Part shown: positions 20,401 to 33,300 of the stretch, piece by piece
Layout of the letters: each line of letters opens with the position of its first letter
How positions within the stretch are numbered: position 1 is the first letter of the stretch
Source: Podarcis vaucheri
Taxonomy: Eukaryota
Assembly (NCBI GenBank): GCA_965113315.1
Contig: OZ220370.1
Strand: one strand, 5' to 3'
Length of the DNA stretch: 64,000 nucleotides
Translations under genes and position numbers: made by a program
The notes under the pieces: generated by a model
Seen by the model: only the letters and a program-made list of their open reading frames with translations
What the model was told of the DNA's origin: nothing
Database searches by the model: none

Positions 20401-23400
20401 CCTCTTTTGTTGGTGATTCTTCCTCCTTCCATTTCTGTGCCAATAATACTCTTGCTGCAGTTGTCACATGTAAAAACAGTTTTTTATCTTGTCTTTTAAT
20501 GTCAGTGCCTACAATACCAAGTAAAAATACTTCTGGTTGTTTTTTTTTTTTTTTGGTAAATGTATATTTCACCATCTTTTTCATCTCGTTATAAATCATT
20601 TCCCAGAAGCCTTTCACTTTCTTACATTCCCACCACAGATGATAAAAAGTGCCTTCCTTTTCCTTACATTTCCAACATTTATTACTTATTTTATACATTT
20701 TAGCTAATTTCACTGGTGCAATATACCATCTATACATCATTTTGATTACATTTTATTTCAAAGCATTGCATGCAGTAAATTTTCTTCCTTCTTTCCGTAA
20801 TTTCTCCCAGTCTTTTAGCTGTATATTATAACCAAAATCTTTGGCCCAATGTATCATAACCAACTTAACCTCTTCATCTTTCAAATGCCATTTCAACAGC
20901 AATTTATACATTTTTTACAATGTTTTAAATTTGTTATTTGTTCTCTTGAAACACTAGCAGTCCTTTCATAATGACCAGGTTGCCTGCCTCCCTATGAAGC
21001 CAATTGTGTATAAGAATTTTCAGAAAAGCCCTGTCAATATCTGGGTAGTGTTTTCAAGGAACATGGAAGAAGGTTTTGTCTGTGACTGCACCCAGACTGG
21101 AATTCCCTTCCTTGTGAGAGCTGATGGCACTTTCTATCTGTTTAGACAAGCCTTTGGCCTCATTATTTGCCACTCCCATTTACTTGATTTATAACCTGCC
21201 TTCCAAGAAGTTCCTAGCTGAGCTAAGTGGCTTTAGGATTAATCCTCCTCCTGTATTTGTCATACTGTAATTTTACATAGTTTTGTTGTCCACCTCATGC
21301 TAAGTGCAGAAAGGTAGAAGTAAAATGCCAAGGACAATTTGTGATTTAACCAGTCATCCCTAGCCAAACTGGTATTTCATCGCTCTAGGATTTCATTCAA
21401 GAGTTGTTTTTGGTTTGAAGGACTGAACACACCATATTTTCACAGCTCACTAAAATCCTGGATTCATTTGCAATTTAAAACCCTTCAAGATTCTGGTGTA
21501 TTTTGCAGTTGTCTGTGCAGTCAATGCACTCTCTGTCCATGTGGTCAATAAAGACTTGGATGAAATAATTGGTGATTTTCGAGGTTTCTACCGGCAGCTC
21601 ACCAGTGATGGGCAACTCCGATGGGTAAGATACTTTTCAGCATTTTGGAATAAGGCCAACGCATGAATGCAAAAGTGTCCGTGTAAGAAAAAAATAACTG
21701 GAAATCTGTTTACCGTATTGGCCCAAATATAAGCCGCACCCACAAATAAGTCGCACCTTTAAAATACAAAGGGGGAAAAGAAAAAAAATGTAATACCCGA
21801 ATATAAGCCGCTCCCATAAAATTGGGTTACAGGCTGAAAATCGCTGCGGTTGGTAGAATTGTAACTCCAAGCCAATTTAAGCCTTTGATCTTGCAAGCCC
21901 GCGAAAGGTACCGTACAATTGCTAAAATCGCAAATTGCTGTTCAGTTGCTACAATTCTGCAGGCACACACACCCGTAAATGGCAAATGAACAGTCTCAAG
22001 CTCATAAATCGGCAATTTATATTTATTTATTTATTTGTTCCATTTTACCGTATGTCTGTTTCAGCAGCGATACTGTAAAAGCCAATTTTTGTAATCTGCA
22101 CTTTTAACTTTTCATGTTCGGAATTTGGAAAAAAAAGTGCTGCTTATATTTGGGCCAATGCAGTAGGTATTGATCCTGCCATCAGACATGCATTACCAAG
22201 TAAAGCAGAGCTGACTTGGTGCAACCTAAGACTTAGGTTCAACATTGCTTGTATTCTTGTATTTGTGACAACGTCAAATGCTCTCACTCAGTCCCATTTA
22301 TTAACTTACACATTTTCAACAAATATTCACTAAATGCCACTATTGTACAAACCCCAAACAATGCAGGGACATTGCTAAGTGAGTTGCACCCGTCATGTTA
22401 TGGTTTTGAACAAGCCAATGTATATGTTTGTGGTGGGTGTGCTGGAAAATACTAGCTGTACTTTAATACGCCTTGGAATAGAATTGACCTCAATTTATCT
22501 AAATCTCAAAGGGCTGATTTGCATGACATGGAAAGCCAAACTCTGACTTACCAAGAATGTGTGGGATCCTGGAGAGGAGTGCTCAACCACTTCATTCCTC
22601 CCCAGTCCTTTTTGCTTCTGTGATGGGCAGAGCTAAGCTCAGTGCAAGTGGGTAAGTTTTATGCTCGCTTGGGGAGGCAAGGATTGTTCTTGGTTACAGC
22701 TTACAGTTAGTGAGGAGAGAACTTAACTAGGAGTCCCTGTTCAGAGGGCGTTCTAAACCATATCTTTGCATGGTGGTTTAATTGACCAGGGAGGAGCAAA
22801 GTGGTTGTGAAACATCTTTTGGGAGCCTCCATGGTTCGCAGTCTTTCTCCACGGTAGTTTGGCTTAACATGTCATGCAACTCCCCTTCACTGTTTTCTTC
22901 CATACATATATGTATTCACAGAAGTCTGGGAACCAAGAATTATAGGCTTACAGAACTGCAAGGAGACATGTAGCTGCTCAACCTTTTCTTGATATCTTTC
23001 AAGCAAGGAGGCTGCCTTAGCTAGATTATTCTAAATGCTTTAGATACCTTGTAGGCCTTTGGAGAGAGTCTTGTCATGCTTATCTCTTCATGGCTACCAT
23101 AATATATTGACAACATCTTTTTGTCAACAGATTGGTCCTGAGAAAGGAGCTGTGCATTTAGCCACAGCTGCTATTCTGAATGCGGTCTGGGACTTGTGGG
23201 CCAAACAGGAAGGGAAGGTAATAGATTGGACACAAGTGGACAGGACTATCACAGTTTAGTCCACCTCCCAACTATTCTGTTTTTCCATGAATGGAAGGGT
23301 AGGAATCTTCCTAATTTCAGGTGGCTGATCTATTTATATCACTGATATTCTGTGATTCAGATTTGTCTGCGAGAGACACACGTGTGGTGGGTGGCTGTTG

Positions 23401-26400
23401 CCCACCAGTGGTCATGACTGGAGCCAGTAGTAGGAATAGCCAGAAATGGTGCAAACCATACCTTCAAATGGACATAGCAGGGCTCATAGCGAGCTGTTTG
23501 AAGCAGTGCTATTAGCACCAATCAGTTGATGGGTAAAAACGCACTTTCAAAGGGGCTCACTGACAGCAGCGATCAGTTCCAAGGCATGGTTGCATCTCTA
23601 CCCTCCTTCAAGGCAGCCGAGACGCTCAGTTATCTCTCTCCTAGAATCATAGAATTGTAAAGCTGAAAGGGACCCTGAGAATCATCTGGTTCAGGGGTCA
23701 GCAACCTTTTTCAGCCATTGGCCGGTCCACCGTCCCTCAAACCATGTGGGGGGGGCGGACTATATGGGGGGGGGAATGAATGAATTCCTGTGCCCACAAA
23801 TAACCCAGATATGCATTTTAAATAAAAGCACACTTTTTACTCATGTAAAAACACCAGGCAGGCCCCACAAATAACCCAGAGATGCATTTTAAATAAAAGG
23901 ACACATTCTACTCACGTAAAAACACGCTGATTCCTGGACCGTCCGCGGGCCGGATTGAAAAAGTGATTGGGCCGCATCTGGCCCACTGGCCTTAGGTTAC
24001 CTACCCCTGATCTAGTTCAACTCCCTGCAATGCAGGAATATGCAGCTGTCCCATACAGGGATTGAACCTGCAACCTTGGCATTATCAGCACCATGCTCTA
24101 ACCAATGGAGCTGCCCAGGCCTGCCAGTTCTCAGTAGCCATGAGAGGCAAAGGTTGAGCAAACAGGTGGCAGGTTGTAGCACTCCATACCTTGCCAGCAT
24201 TCATAGGCTTCATCAGCTCAAAGTATCCAAATGGAAATGCCTAGTCAGTTCCCATAATGCATCCTGTTACTGACTGCTACCACAGTGACATCTGAGATCG
24301 AGTGTATCCTATCCTCAAAGTACTGTGCAAATAATTCACAGTGGGTGCTCAGTTTTAGTTAAGTCATCTGCATTTACTAAAGCTGAGGAATAAGGAGTGA
24401 TGCAAGATTTCCTGCTTTGGCTGAGTGAAGATTTGAATCCAGGTTTCTCTAAGTTCAGTTGTCTAGTCATATAAATCAAGTGCAAATATTGGTGGGGGAA
24501 ATCTACCTACCACATGCATTCCACAGAATGAGATTTTTCAGTAGCTGGAAATCTGACAATATGCCCATCTTTTCTTAAATATTGCCTATCTATAGCCTTT
24601 TGGGATATATGGAGGGATGTGTTATTTCTTTAAGTAAAGCATTTCAGATGCTTCCAAAATCGATTTTGTAGAAACAGAATGATTTCCAAGTAATAGAAAT
24701 GATCCTGCTATGGCCAAATACATGCAGAGTGTAAGAAAAATCCAGAGGTGCTCCTTAAAATACTGGGGAACTAGCCACAGAGTCAGGGGAAAGCCCCTCA
24801 TCACTTTGGCCAGCCTATCAGAGGAAAGCAAGCAGCCTCTAACCTGTGCATTCAGCATCCTGGGCCCCTGCAGAGAGCAGAAATGACAACACCCAATTAC
24901 AAAATGCAGGTGTTGTACTTAATGGAACCTGAGCACCAGTTCATAACAATTCCTGGCTCGCATGTCAAAGAATATAAGCAGCTGTCTTTCTGTAACCTGT
25001 TAATTTACCCTAACAGCTGCTATAAGTGTTCAAACACAGGGATGAAGAAAATCTGTCCCTCTTCAGATTTTGTTGGAATACATCTCCTATCATCTCAGGC
25101 TGTCAGTCATGGCTGCAACTGATGGGACTTGGAGTCTAACAACAGGCCTCCCCTCCCTCAGACCTGACATAGCAACTTTAAACATTTCAATCTCTTTCTC
25201 ATTTTTTTTAAAGCCACTCTGGAAACTGCTTGTTGACATGGTAAGAAAAAAAACTGTATTATTAATTGTTTATTCATGTCCTTGCTGTGCTAAAGTAATG
25301 GTATAAAGCTATGGTTACAAATTACAACCTATCACTAGTTAAATAGTTTGTGGCAAAAATCCACAAAGTCTTCTGAGTCCTGTGGACTACACAGTTTACT
25401 TGCCATCTCTGTGCTTCCTGCATTGCTGTGCAAACAATTGTCCATGAACAAATGCTATACCAGATGTTAGTTGGCATTTATAGTGCTCATTAAAAAAAAA
25501 AAAGTGCAGTAAGAAAGAAATGCCATGATTGTCAATATTACAATAGAAATCCATACTTATGTTGTTTTTAAGTTGGTTGGTGTGTAATTTGATATCACTA
25601 AACACTTGAGGCTTAAGTAATCAAAGAAAAGTAAGCAAATAGCTATTTAAATTTGTGTACTATTTTGGTCCTCAAAAAGTAATCTAGTGTATCTTCATTA
25701 TTTGTTTTCCTGGAGCACCATCTATATACAGAGCACTTTATAATGAACAAGTTTGGCAGGTCCCTATTCCAAGAGGCTAATATATATACATGATCCACAT
25801 CTAAAATTCTACAGCCTGCATGCTTTGGGATTTGTTGCATCAGGTTACTTGTTTGAATGTCAATTTTGCAGCTTGTTATGCTGCTTGTTTCCATTTGCCT
25901 CTATGCACAGGGCTTTCTCAATGAATGTTTGCTGTGTCGAGGTCCTGTGTCTATACAAACCCAGATTCTAAAGATCAGTGGTTTTCAATTCATGTGCCAC
26001 ATCAGATTACACCCCTGGCTGAGCAAAGTTCCACTTTACCAATGCTGCCCTTGCATTGTTTTGTTGGTTTAAGCAGAGGATTTGTTCTATATTTTTATTG
26101 TTTGTGTTTATATGGTTTTTGTCCTGGCCTTCAGCTAGCACAATGAACTTATTGAACTTAAACCAATGCCACCCAGTGGGAGAGTACAGAAGAGCATTGG
26201 TGTGCTTTGTATGTGTGCAACAATATCGGCATTGAAATTCACAGTTGGTTTCAATCTTGGTCCTTTTGTTATTTTGCTTCCACCATTGTAAGGTGCCAGG
26301 ATATCTCCAGAGTAGGACGTTGTGGCTCAGATCTTGCTCTGGTCACAGCCAGCAAAGGTGGGCGTGCATCAACAGACCTCTGAACACACAAACCTGTTTC

Positions 26401-27310
26401 TGTGCATGGAAAATGTCTCTTGGGCTGGGTTAATCATACATGGTGTTTCACTTCTCAAATAATACAACAATTTGATTCCTTTTTCCTTACCAGGATCCCA
26501 AACAGTTGTTATCTTGCATAGATTTCAGATATATTACGGATGCCCTGACAGAAGAAGAAGCTCTCGGTAAGTTATTTTTATAGGCCGCAAAACCTACATT
26601 CACTTACTAGGTTAGCCCTACTGATTTCTTTCTATTAACCAAGTCCAGAAATTTAATATTCAGTAATTAGTAATTAGTAAGTCGAGTGCTTTTTCTCAGT
26701 ACAGTGGTTCCTTGGTTCTCAAACTTACCGTAATCCGTTCTGGAAGTCCGTTCCAAAACCAAGGTGCGCTTTCCCATAGAAAGTAATGCAAAATGGATTA
26801 ATCCGTTCCAGACTTTTAAAAACAACCCCTAAAACAGCAATTTAACATGAATTTTACTGTCTCACGGGACCATTGATCCATAAAATGAAAGCAATAAACA
26901 ATGTACTGCAGTCACGCAATCAATCAGTAGCTGAACTTGGTTCCACACAGTCGCAAAAACAAAACAAAAAAGGCGCAAAAACAAAAACGCAAAATAAATA
27001 GCAAAAACAGACAGACCTCAGCGTGGCACTCAAAACGGAGCACGTTTGGCTTCCGAAAAATGTTCGCAAATGTAACACTTACTTCCGGGTTTGCAGTGTT
27101 TGGGTTCCAAGTTGTTTGGGTACCAAGGCATTTGAGCACTTTTAAACTCAGTAAACTTTTAAACTGTTCTTAGAGCAGCCCACTACAACCATCCCTTCCC
27201 TGTTTAGGGAAGTTTAAAATGTTTGAAGTTTTATTCTGTTTTTAGTCCTCTGTTGGGAGCTGCCCAGAGTGGCTGGGGAAACCCAGCCAGATGGGAGGGG
27301 TATAAATAAA

Positions 27311-27359
<49 letters not shown>

Positions 27360-30300
27360 TAATTACAAATGGGGAGGCAGGGCACTGAGGTTGAAAATGA
27401 ATGGCTTACCTATGACACCCTGCTACCAGTGAATCTGTGGCTAAGCAGAGGTTTAAACTGTGAACTGTACTTCATGGCTCATGCTTTAGGCTTCAGTGTA
27501 ACAACAGCTCAGAGTATAGACTCTGTAATTATTTGTACAGCAAGTGCAGTGCCATGTAATTTTGCTTTATAAAAATAGCCCTCTTTATAAATAAAGATAG
27601 GAATGACATTGCATTTTGGTTTTAACATTGTGCTTTCTCTTTCCATTTCACTAGCAATCCTTCAAAGTGGCCTAGTGGGGAAAAAACAAAGAGGTAAGCA
27701 GAACAACTCTTCCTTCTGCTGTTAGTTGATGATTAGTTTGCATCCCAAAAGGTTATTCTGAAACTTGATATGGGAAACAGCCACTGATGTCTCACTTGCA
27801 TAGCGACATAGCCTTCTTTTTCTTTCTTCTTAAAACAGGGAGTCTGTGGCCCTCCAAATGTTGTTGGACTCCCACCTTTCCTGACTATTGGGCATGCTGG
27901 CTGGCGATGAGGAGAGTTGCGAATCCAACAACAAATGGTGGTTCCTCAACCCTTCTTTAAAGGCAGCGTTTGGAAACTCTAGCTGCAGTGGTGCCCCGGA
28001 AGACGAAAGCCTCGCATGACGGAAAACTCGCTAGACGAAAGAGTTTTCCGTTTTGGAGGTGCTTCGCAAAACGAATTTCCTATGGGCTTGCTTCGCAAGA
28101 CGACAATGTCTTGCGAGTTCCTGCTGGTTTCCCCCCTCCCCCCCTTTTTCTAAGCCGCTAAGCCGCTTATCAGCTGATCCGATCAGCAGATAAGCCGCTA
28201 ATAGCGCTAATCCGCTAATCCGTCAATGGGCTTGCTTCACAAGACGAAAAAACCGCTAGACAAAGAGAATCACAGAATGGAGGCACCACTGTACTTTCAG
28301 GCAAAGCAGTGGGAAATGACCCTGTGGGAATCCAGGCTTTTCATTCATCCTAGAGGTCTTTTTAAACATTTTTACTTTGGTGTCCAGTTGTTGTAGGGAA
28401 TCCAGATGTGTTTTCCCAGGGTAGTGATTGTGTTGCAAGGAAATTTCATTTAAATTGCTGGTGGTGACGTTCTGCCTCTTTGTAGAAGAACAAATGTTGG
28501 AATGCGGCTACCCGGCTTATACCACATCGTGTGCTTGGTTAGGCTATCCAGACCAACAACTGAAACAGGTTTGGTTCTTCCGCACTCTTTCCATTTAGAC
28601 TTCTGCTTTGAGTTCAGATGCACAAAAGATGAACAAACATAATTGCTTTAGGCAGTACAGAGGAAGAGTCAGAAGCAAATTCCATTTTCAAATGCAGCTG
28701 TCAGATATTGTCATTTTTTTTTGGCATGCACATGGGTCACTGTTGCTCTTAGACCGGTTCACACTAGGGAGGAGAAATTTGATCCAGTTTGCATTAAAAT
28801 ACGAACTTTACTAATGCGGAGTTTCCAAAATAATATGCAAATGGAAACACAGCTACCGTTCAGACCTTTTAAAACCAAGTAATGTGTGCAAAAATGCATA
28901 TACTGGGATACTGTGTCCATACAAGTGCATGTATTCATGAAAGTAACATTCAAAAAATGCATTGTTTTAGGGGAAAGTGCTTTACAAAAATATGTCTCTA
29001 GGCATGATTGCATACCAAAAGGTGTAAATTAGGAGACGTGCACTAAATACTGCTGGATTTTCACAAGGATTTTTTTATTATTATTGCAAAGTGTTGAAAT
29101 GTGGAGAACTGAATTTAGGACTAAAAACGAGAAACTGAGAGGGAACGAAATTGCAGAGATGGGCAAATCTGTCCAATTTTCCCTGGCTGTTGTATGTGGG
29201 TGGGATATGGAAACAAGTCTTAAAGGGTTTGTTCTTTCTCCTGCTGTGCATAGAACAATTTATATGAATCATGGTCCAGGTGTGGAAACGCCGGTTTAAG
29301 TAGATATTGCTCCCATGATCCATTTGCCCCTCTTTTGTGACAGACAGATCTCCCAGAATAGACTCTCCCTCCAATACTGCATGCCGTGTGGATAGACACA
29401 CTTGTATTGTACACATACAGGGATTGTGTGAAATGACAATTTCTTCTCACTCCCTGGTTTTTCAGTCTTTGCAAACCTGTTGCCCTCCAGATATTTTTGA
29501 ACTACACAACTCCCATCAGCCCCAGCCAGCATAACTGCGTTGACCGAGGCTGATGGGACTTGCATTCCAAAATATTTGGAGGGTACTAGTTTTGCAGAGG
29601 CTGCTCTAGACGGGTGAACCTAAAAAGCAATAAATCTTAAATCATGCTAAGCGGCTGAACTCACCATTAACCTGTGAAATACGCTGCTATGAAAGGCGAG
29701 ACAATAAAACCAACAGATTCTGTCAGTTCGGCTAAGAGTCCTTTTGTACAAATGGTTGTTCACGTGTGCTAAATGTGTGTGTGACAGATGTAACTTTCTT
29801 GGCAGCTTTGTACTGAAGCGCTGAAGGATGGTTGGACCAGGTATAGTTAATTTATATTGAATACTTCACTTCTAGTTTTATAAGATATACATAACAGGCA
29901 AGTTCTGGTTTGTCAGGAAAACGACAAAAGAAAATGAATTTTCTTACTTTTGTTTTCGGAAGTTATTGATTTGATTCCAAAGCGGGCTAGACAATTGCTG
30001 CTTTATGTACATACAGACACTGTCAGGAGCTCGTCCTACACTCGAGTAGGACCCTAGCGGAGACACATGCCCGACTGGCATGTTCTCTCCCTCCTGGTCG
30101 TTCGTTCGGGAGCTTCAAAAGCTTTCTTCAGCCCGAACATCACAGCGACTGATGCCAACAGACATCGGCTCGCTTAGGGAACCGCAGCTTGTGCAGCTTG
30201 CATAACAGACCTCAGCAACTCAGCATTTGGGCTAATCTACTTTATTTACATATAAACACACACGGAGCACTGCAACATGGCTCCCTCTCTCTCTAGCATC

Positions 30301-33300
30301 AAACAGCAAAGAGAAAGAACAAAGGACAATAGTCCCACTTCACGGAACACAGTAACACAAACATCCTGTGTCCGTCACTTTCCACTTTGTGGAGTCAAAA
30401 CATACACCGTCATGTGAAAGACAACAATCCCATGACTGCAACCACGGAGCAGGAATTCTAACAGGCACTACATCCAAAAGTTGCAGCCATGGTTGGTAGT
30501 TCACCTGACCACCTGCTGCCTGCATTTCTTCTGTTTCATGGGAGGTAGGGAGTAGGGGCAAGGCAGGGGCAAGGCAGGGGCAAAGCCTGCATGGTGCAAA
30601 TGTACCAGCAGTGTGTGCATTTGCACTGGACAGACCTTAACTGCCACATCCCGCATACCCACCCTCCTGGTGAGAAGCAGCAACACAGGTGATGGGCGAT
30701 CAGGTGAGGACCACCAACCACTACAGCAAAGTTGTTGCCGTCAGCTTTGACAGCTCAGCTCAATTGCTGGGCTGAAGGAAGACTGTCCTCCTACACCTCA
30801 ATGAATGACTGTCCTCCTACACCTCAAACAGGTGAGCAGCACAGCTGGTCCCTTTGTTCTGCATTGCTGGGGTATCTGAGCATGTGCATACATGTGTAGT
30901 GGAGGCAAGTTGTATCTCCTGTGCACACACAAACTTAGGGTGTGAAGAAAACAACCTAGAACGTCGATCTAGGATTTACATTTCACCCTAACTGAATCAG
31001 GGCATTGGACTCAGTCCTACATCAAGTTACTCATGTTCACATCTCATCGAGTCCACCGGTTGGCATGGATTTACATGAGATGTTTTTACACACATTTGAA
31101 AGAACAACAGTTGTTCTCATTCATATTGCTTCTGAAGTTCAGAGTTGGAGAGTAGAGTATAAACTTTTCCAGTTTGGAACTCCTGGGCTAATTCTGAGCC
31201 CAAACCAAGTCTTTCACAAGTTCAGTCTCAGTTCACAATTAGTTCATCTCTTAACAACAGTGTTCCTCAGTGCCACAGATACCCCTTTCCCTTTCTTTCA
31301 AATATATATACCTGGAAGAGGTGCCTATAAGAAAGGCTGTTCCTTCAGAAGTCTTAAGTGGCAGCAACATTGTGGGCACCAAAACTCCTGGGAAATATAG
31401 TTTCTCACACTTTGCTGATCATTTCTAAGAACACGGGATCCTTGCATTCAGAACATCGTTACTACAGCAGTTAAGTAATCAAGGCTCCTGGAGCAGGCCT
31501 TAAAAAGTAACATTTCATGATAAATTTTGGGAGAAAGTAGAAAGGGGCATCAGGAGTGCTTTTAGAGAGTCTAGGAGTGGGAGGCCTTAATCCCTTGAGT
31601 TCCTGTGGGTGTGTTTTACAAGGATATTGTGGGAGAGAAGTCTTCTAGGCCTGCAACAAGTTATAAAGCACGTGATGGGCCAGGTTTAAAACAAATTAAT
31701 TCTGCCCCGATCTAAACTGAGTCTATATTAGCTCCTTCTAGGCAAGCAAAGACTTGAGTTTAGCCTTGAAAAGCTTGCCCTTCTCCAGTTCTCATTTTTA
31801 TGCTGTTACATAAAAGATAAAAGAAATGAGTGATCATAGAAGAAGAAAAAAGCTGTTACAAACTTTTAGCCATCTTCATTTTATTACAAATGTGTCCCTA
31901 GGTTCAAAGTAAAAGTTGGAGCGGATCTCCAGGATGACATTCGGAGATGCAGACTTGTTAGAGAAATGATTGGTCCTGAAAATATTCTGGTATATATCAC
32001 ATATCTAGGGCTACGTTTTGTTGTAATATCATGCTGCCTGTCACTGTCGATCATGTGGATGGTTGGAATCCATCCCTATGTTGGGGTGGAAAGAAACCAG
32101 CCATTGATTTTGGCCAGGCTTCCTCTACCTCGGCCCTCCAGATGTTTTAAGACTACAATTCCCATCATCCCTGACCACTGGTCCTGCTAGCTAGGGATCA
32201 TGGGAGTTGTAGGCCAAAAAACATCTGGAGGGCCGAGGTTGAGGAAGCCTGCTTTGCGCATACTGACAAATCTGAGTCTCTTTATTTTTTGGACTCAGCT
32301 TTGATGAACTTAATGTTAAAAAATATACATTTTAGTTACGTGGCGCTCAAAAGTTTCTTCCAGCACTATCTTTAGTACAGTGGTACCTCGGGTTACAGAC
32401 ACTTCAGGGTGTGCGTTTTTAGGTTTCGCACCGCGCCTAACCTGGAAGTACTGGAACGGGTTACTTCCGGGTTTTGGTGCTCATGCATGTGCAGAAGCAC
32501 CAAATTGTGACCCACGCGTGTGCAGACGTGGCACTGCCGGTTGCGAATGTGCCTCCCGCATGGATTACGTTCGCAACCCGAGGTTTCACTGTATTGTATT
32601 TTGTTTTCTTATTCATTGTAATAAGGTTAACACATTGTGTGCATTTACTTGGAAGCAAGTCCGACTGAAGCATGTACAGGACTGCAGTCTTAGCCAAAGC
32701 ATAACTGCTAGGATTTTTCACTACATTTGAGTCCTGTGTTAATTAGTTAATTAGGACTTTGTTTCTTTAGAATAAACGTGTAGTTTGGAGAATTGGGTAC
32801 ATTATTTCTTCCTACTTCAATAGAAAATGCTAGCCAGCAGATACTAGATGATTCAAATTGTTTAACACCTTAGCAGTATGAACCTAGCGTGTGTCATAAG
32901 AAAAGCTTGACTTAAATTCTCATTACTTTCCATCTGTCTAAAATCAACATCACCATTGTTACAACACTGAGTTCAATGACATAGTTGAGTGAATGCAGTC
33001 TGTAACTATTCTCAGATGCTGGACGCTAACCAAAGATGGGAAGTGAAAGAAGCCATAGAATGGGTCTCAAAACTAGCTGAATTCAAACCACTGTGGATTG
33101 AGGAACCAACTTCCCCCGACGATATTCTTGGGCACGCAACCATTGCCAAGGTCAGAGTTGTTGTTTTCCATTTTGGTGAGATGACAAGCTAATGTAGATC
33201 TAGGATTTATGTTTTGTCCCAACTGAATCAGGGCATTGGACTCTCTACATAACAGAGAACTTTGATGATTTATTGACTTGTGGTTTTCTTTAGAACACTC

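Noticed and set aside
20396-20740. Zinc-finger host gene nested in ENOSF1
   Set aside because: Matches an L1 ORF2 C-terminal knuckle and is degenerate.
24040-24116. tRNA-Ile gene (and tRNA-Lys at 1-52 and 52774-52840)
   Set aside because: Mutated stems, fused directly to a CR1-type tail with no Pol III terminator; these are SINE heads.
30781-30827. 21-bp direct repeat GACTGTCCTCCTACACCTCAA
   Set aside because: Simple local duplication with a 5-nt spacer and no functional signal.
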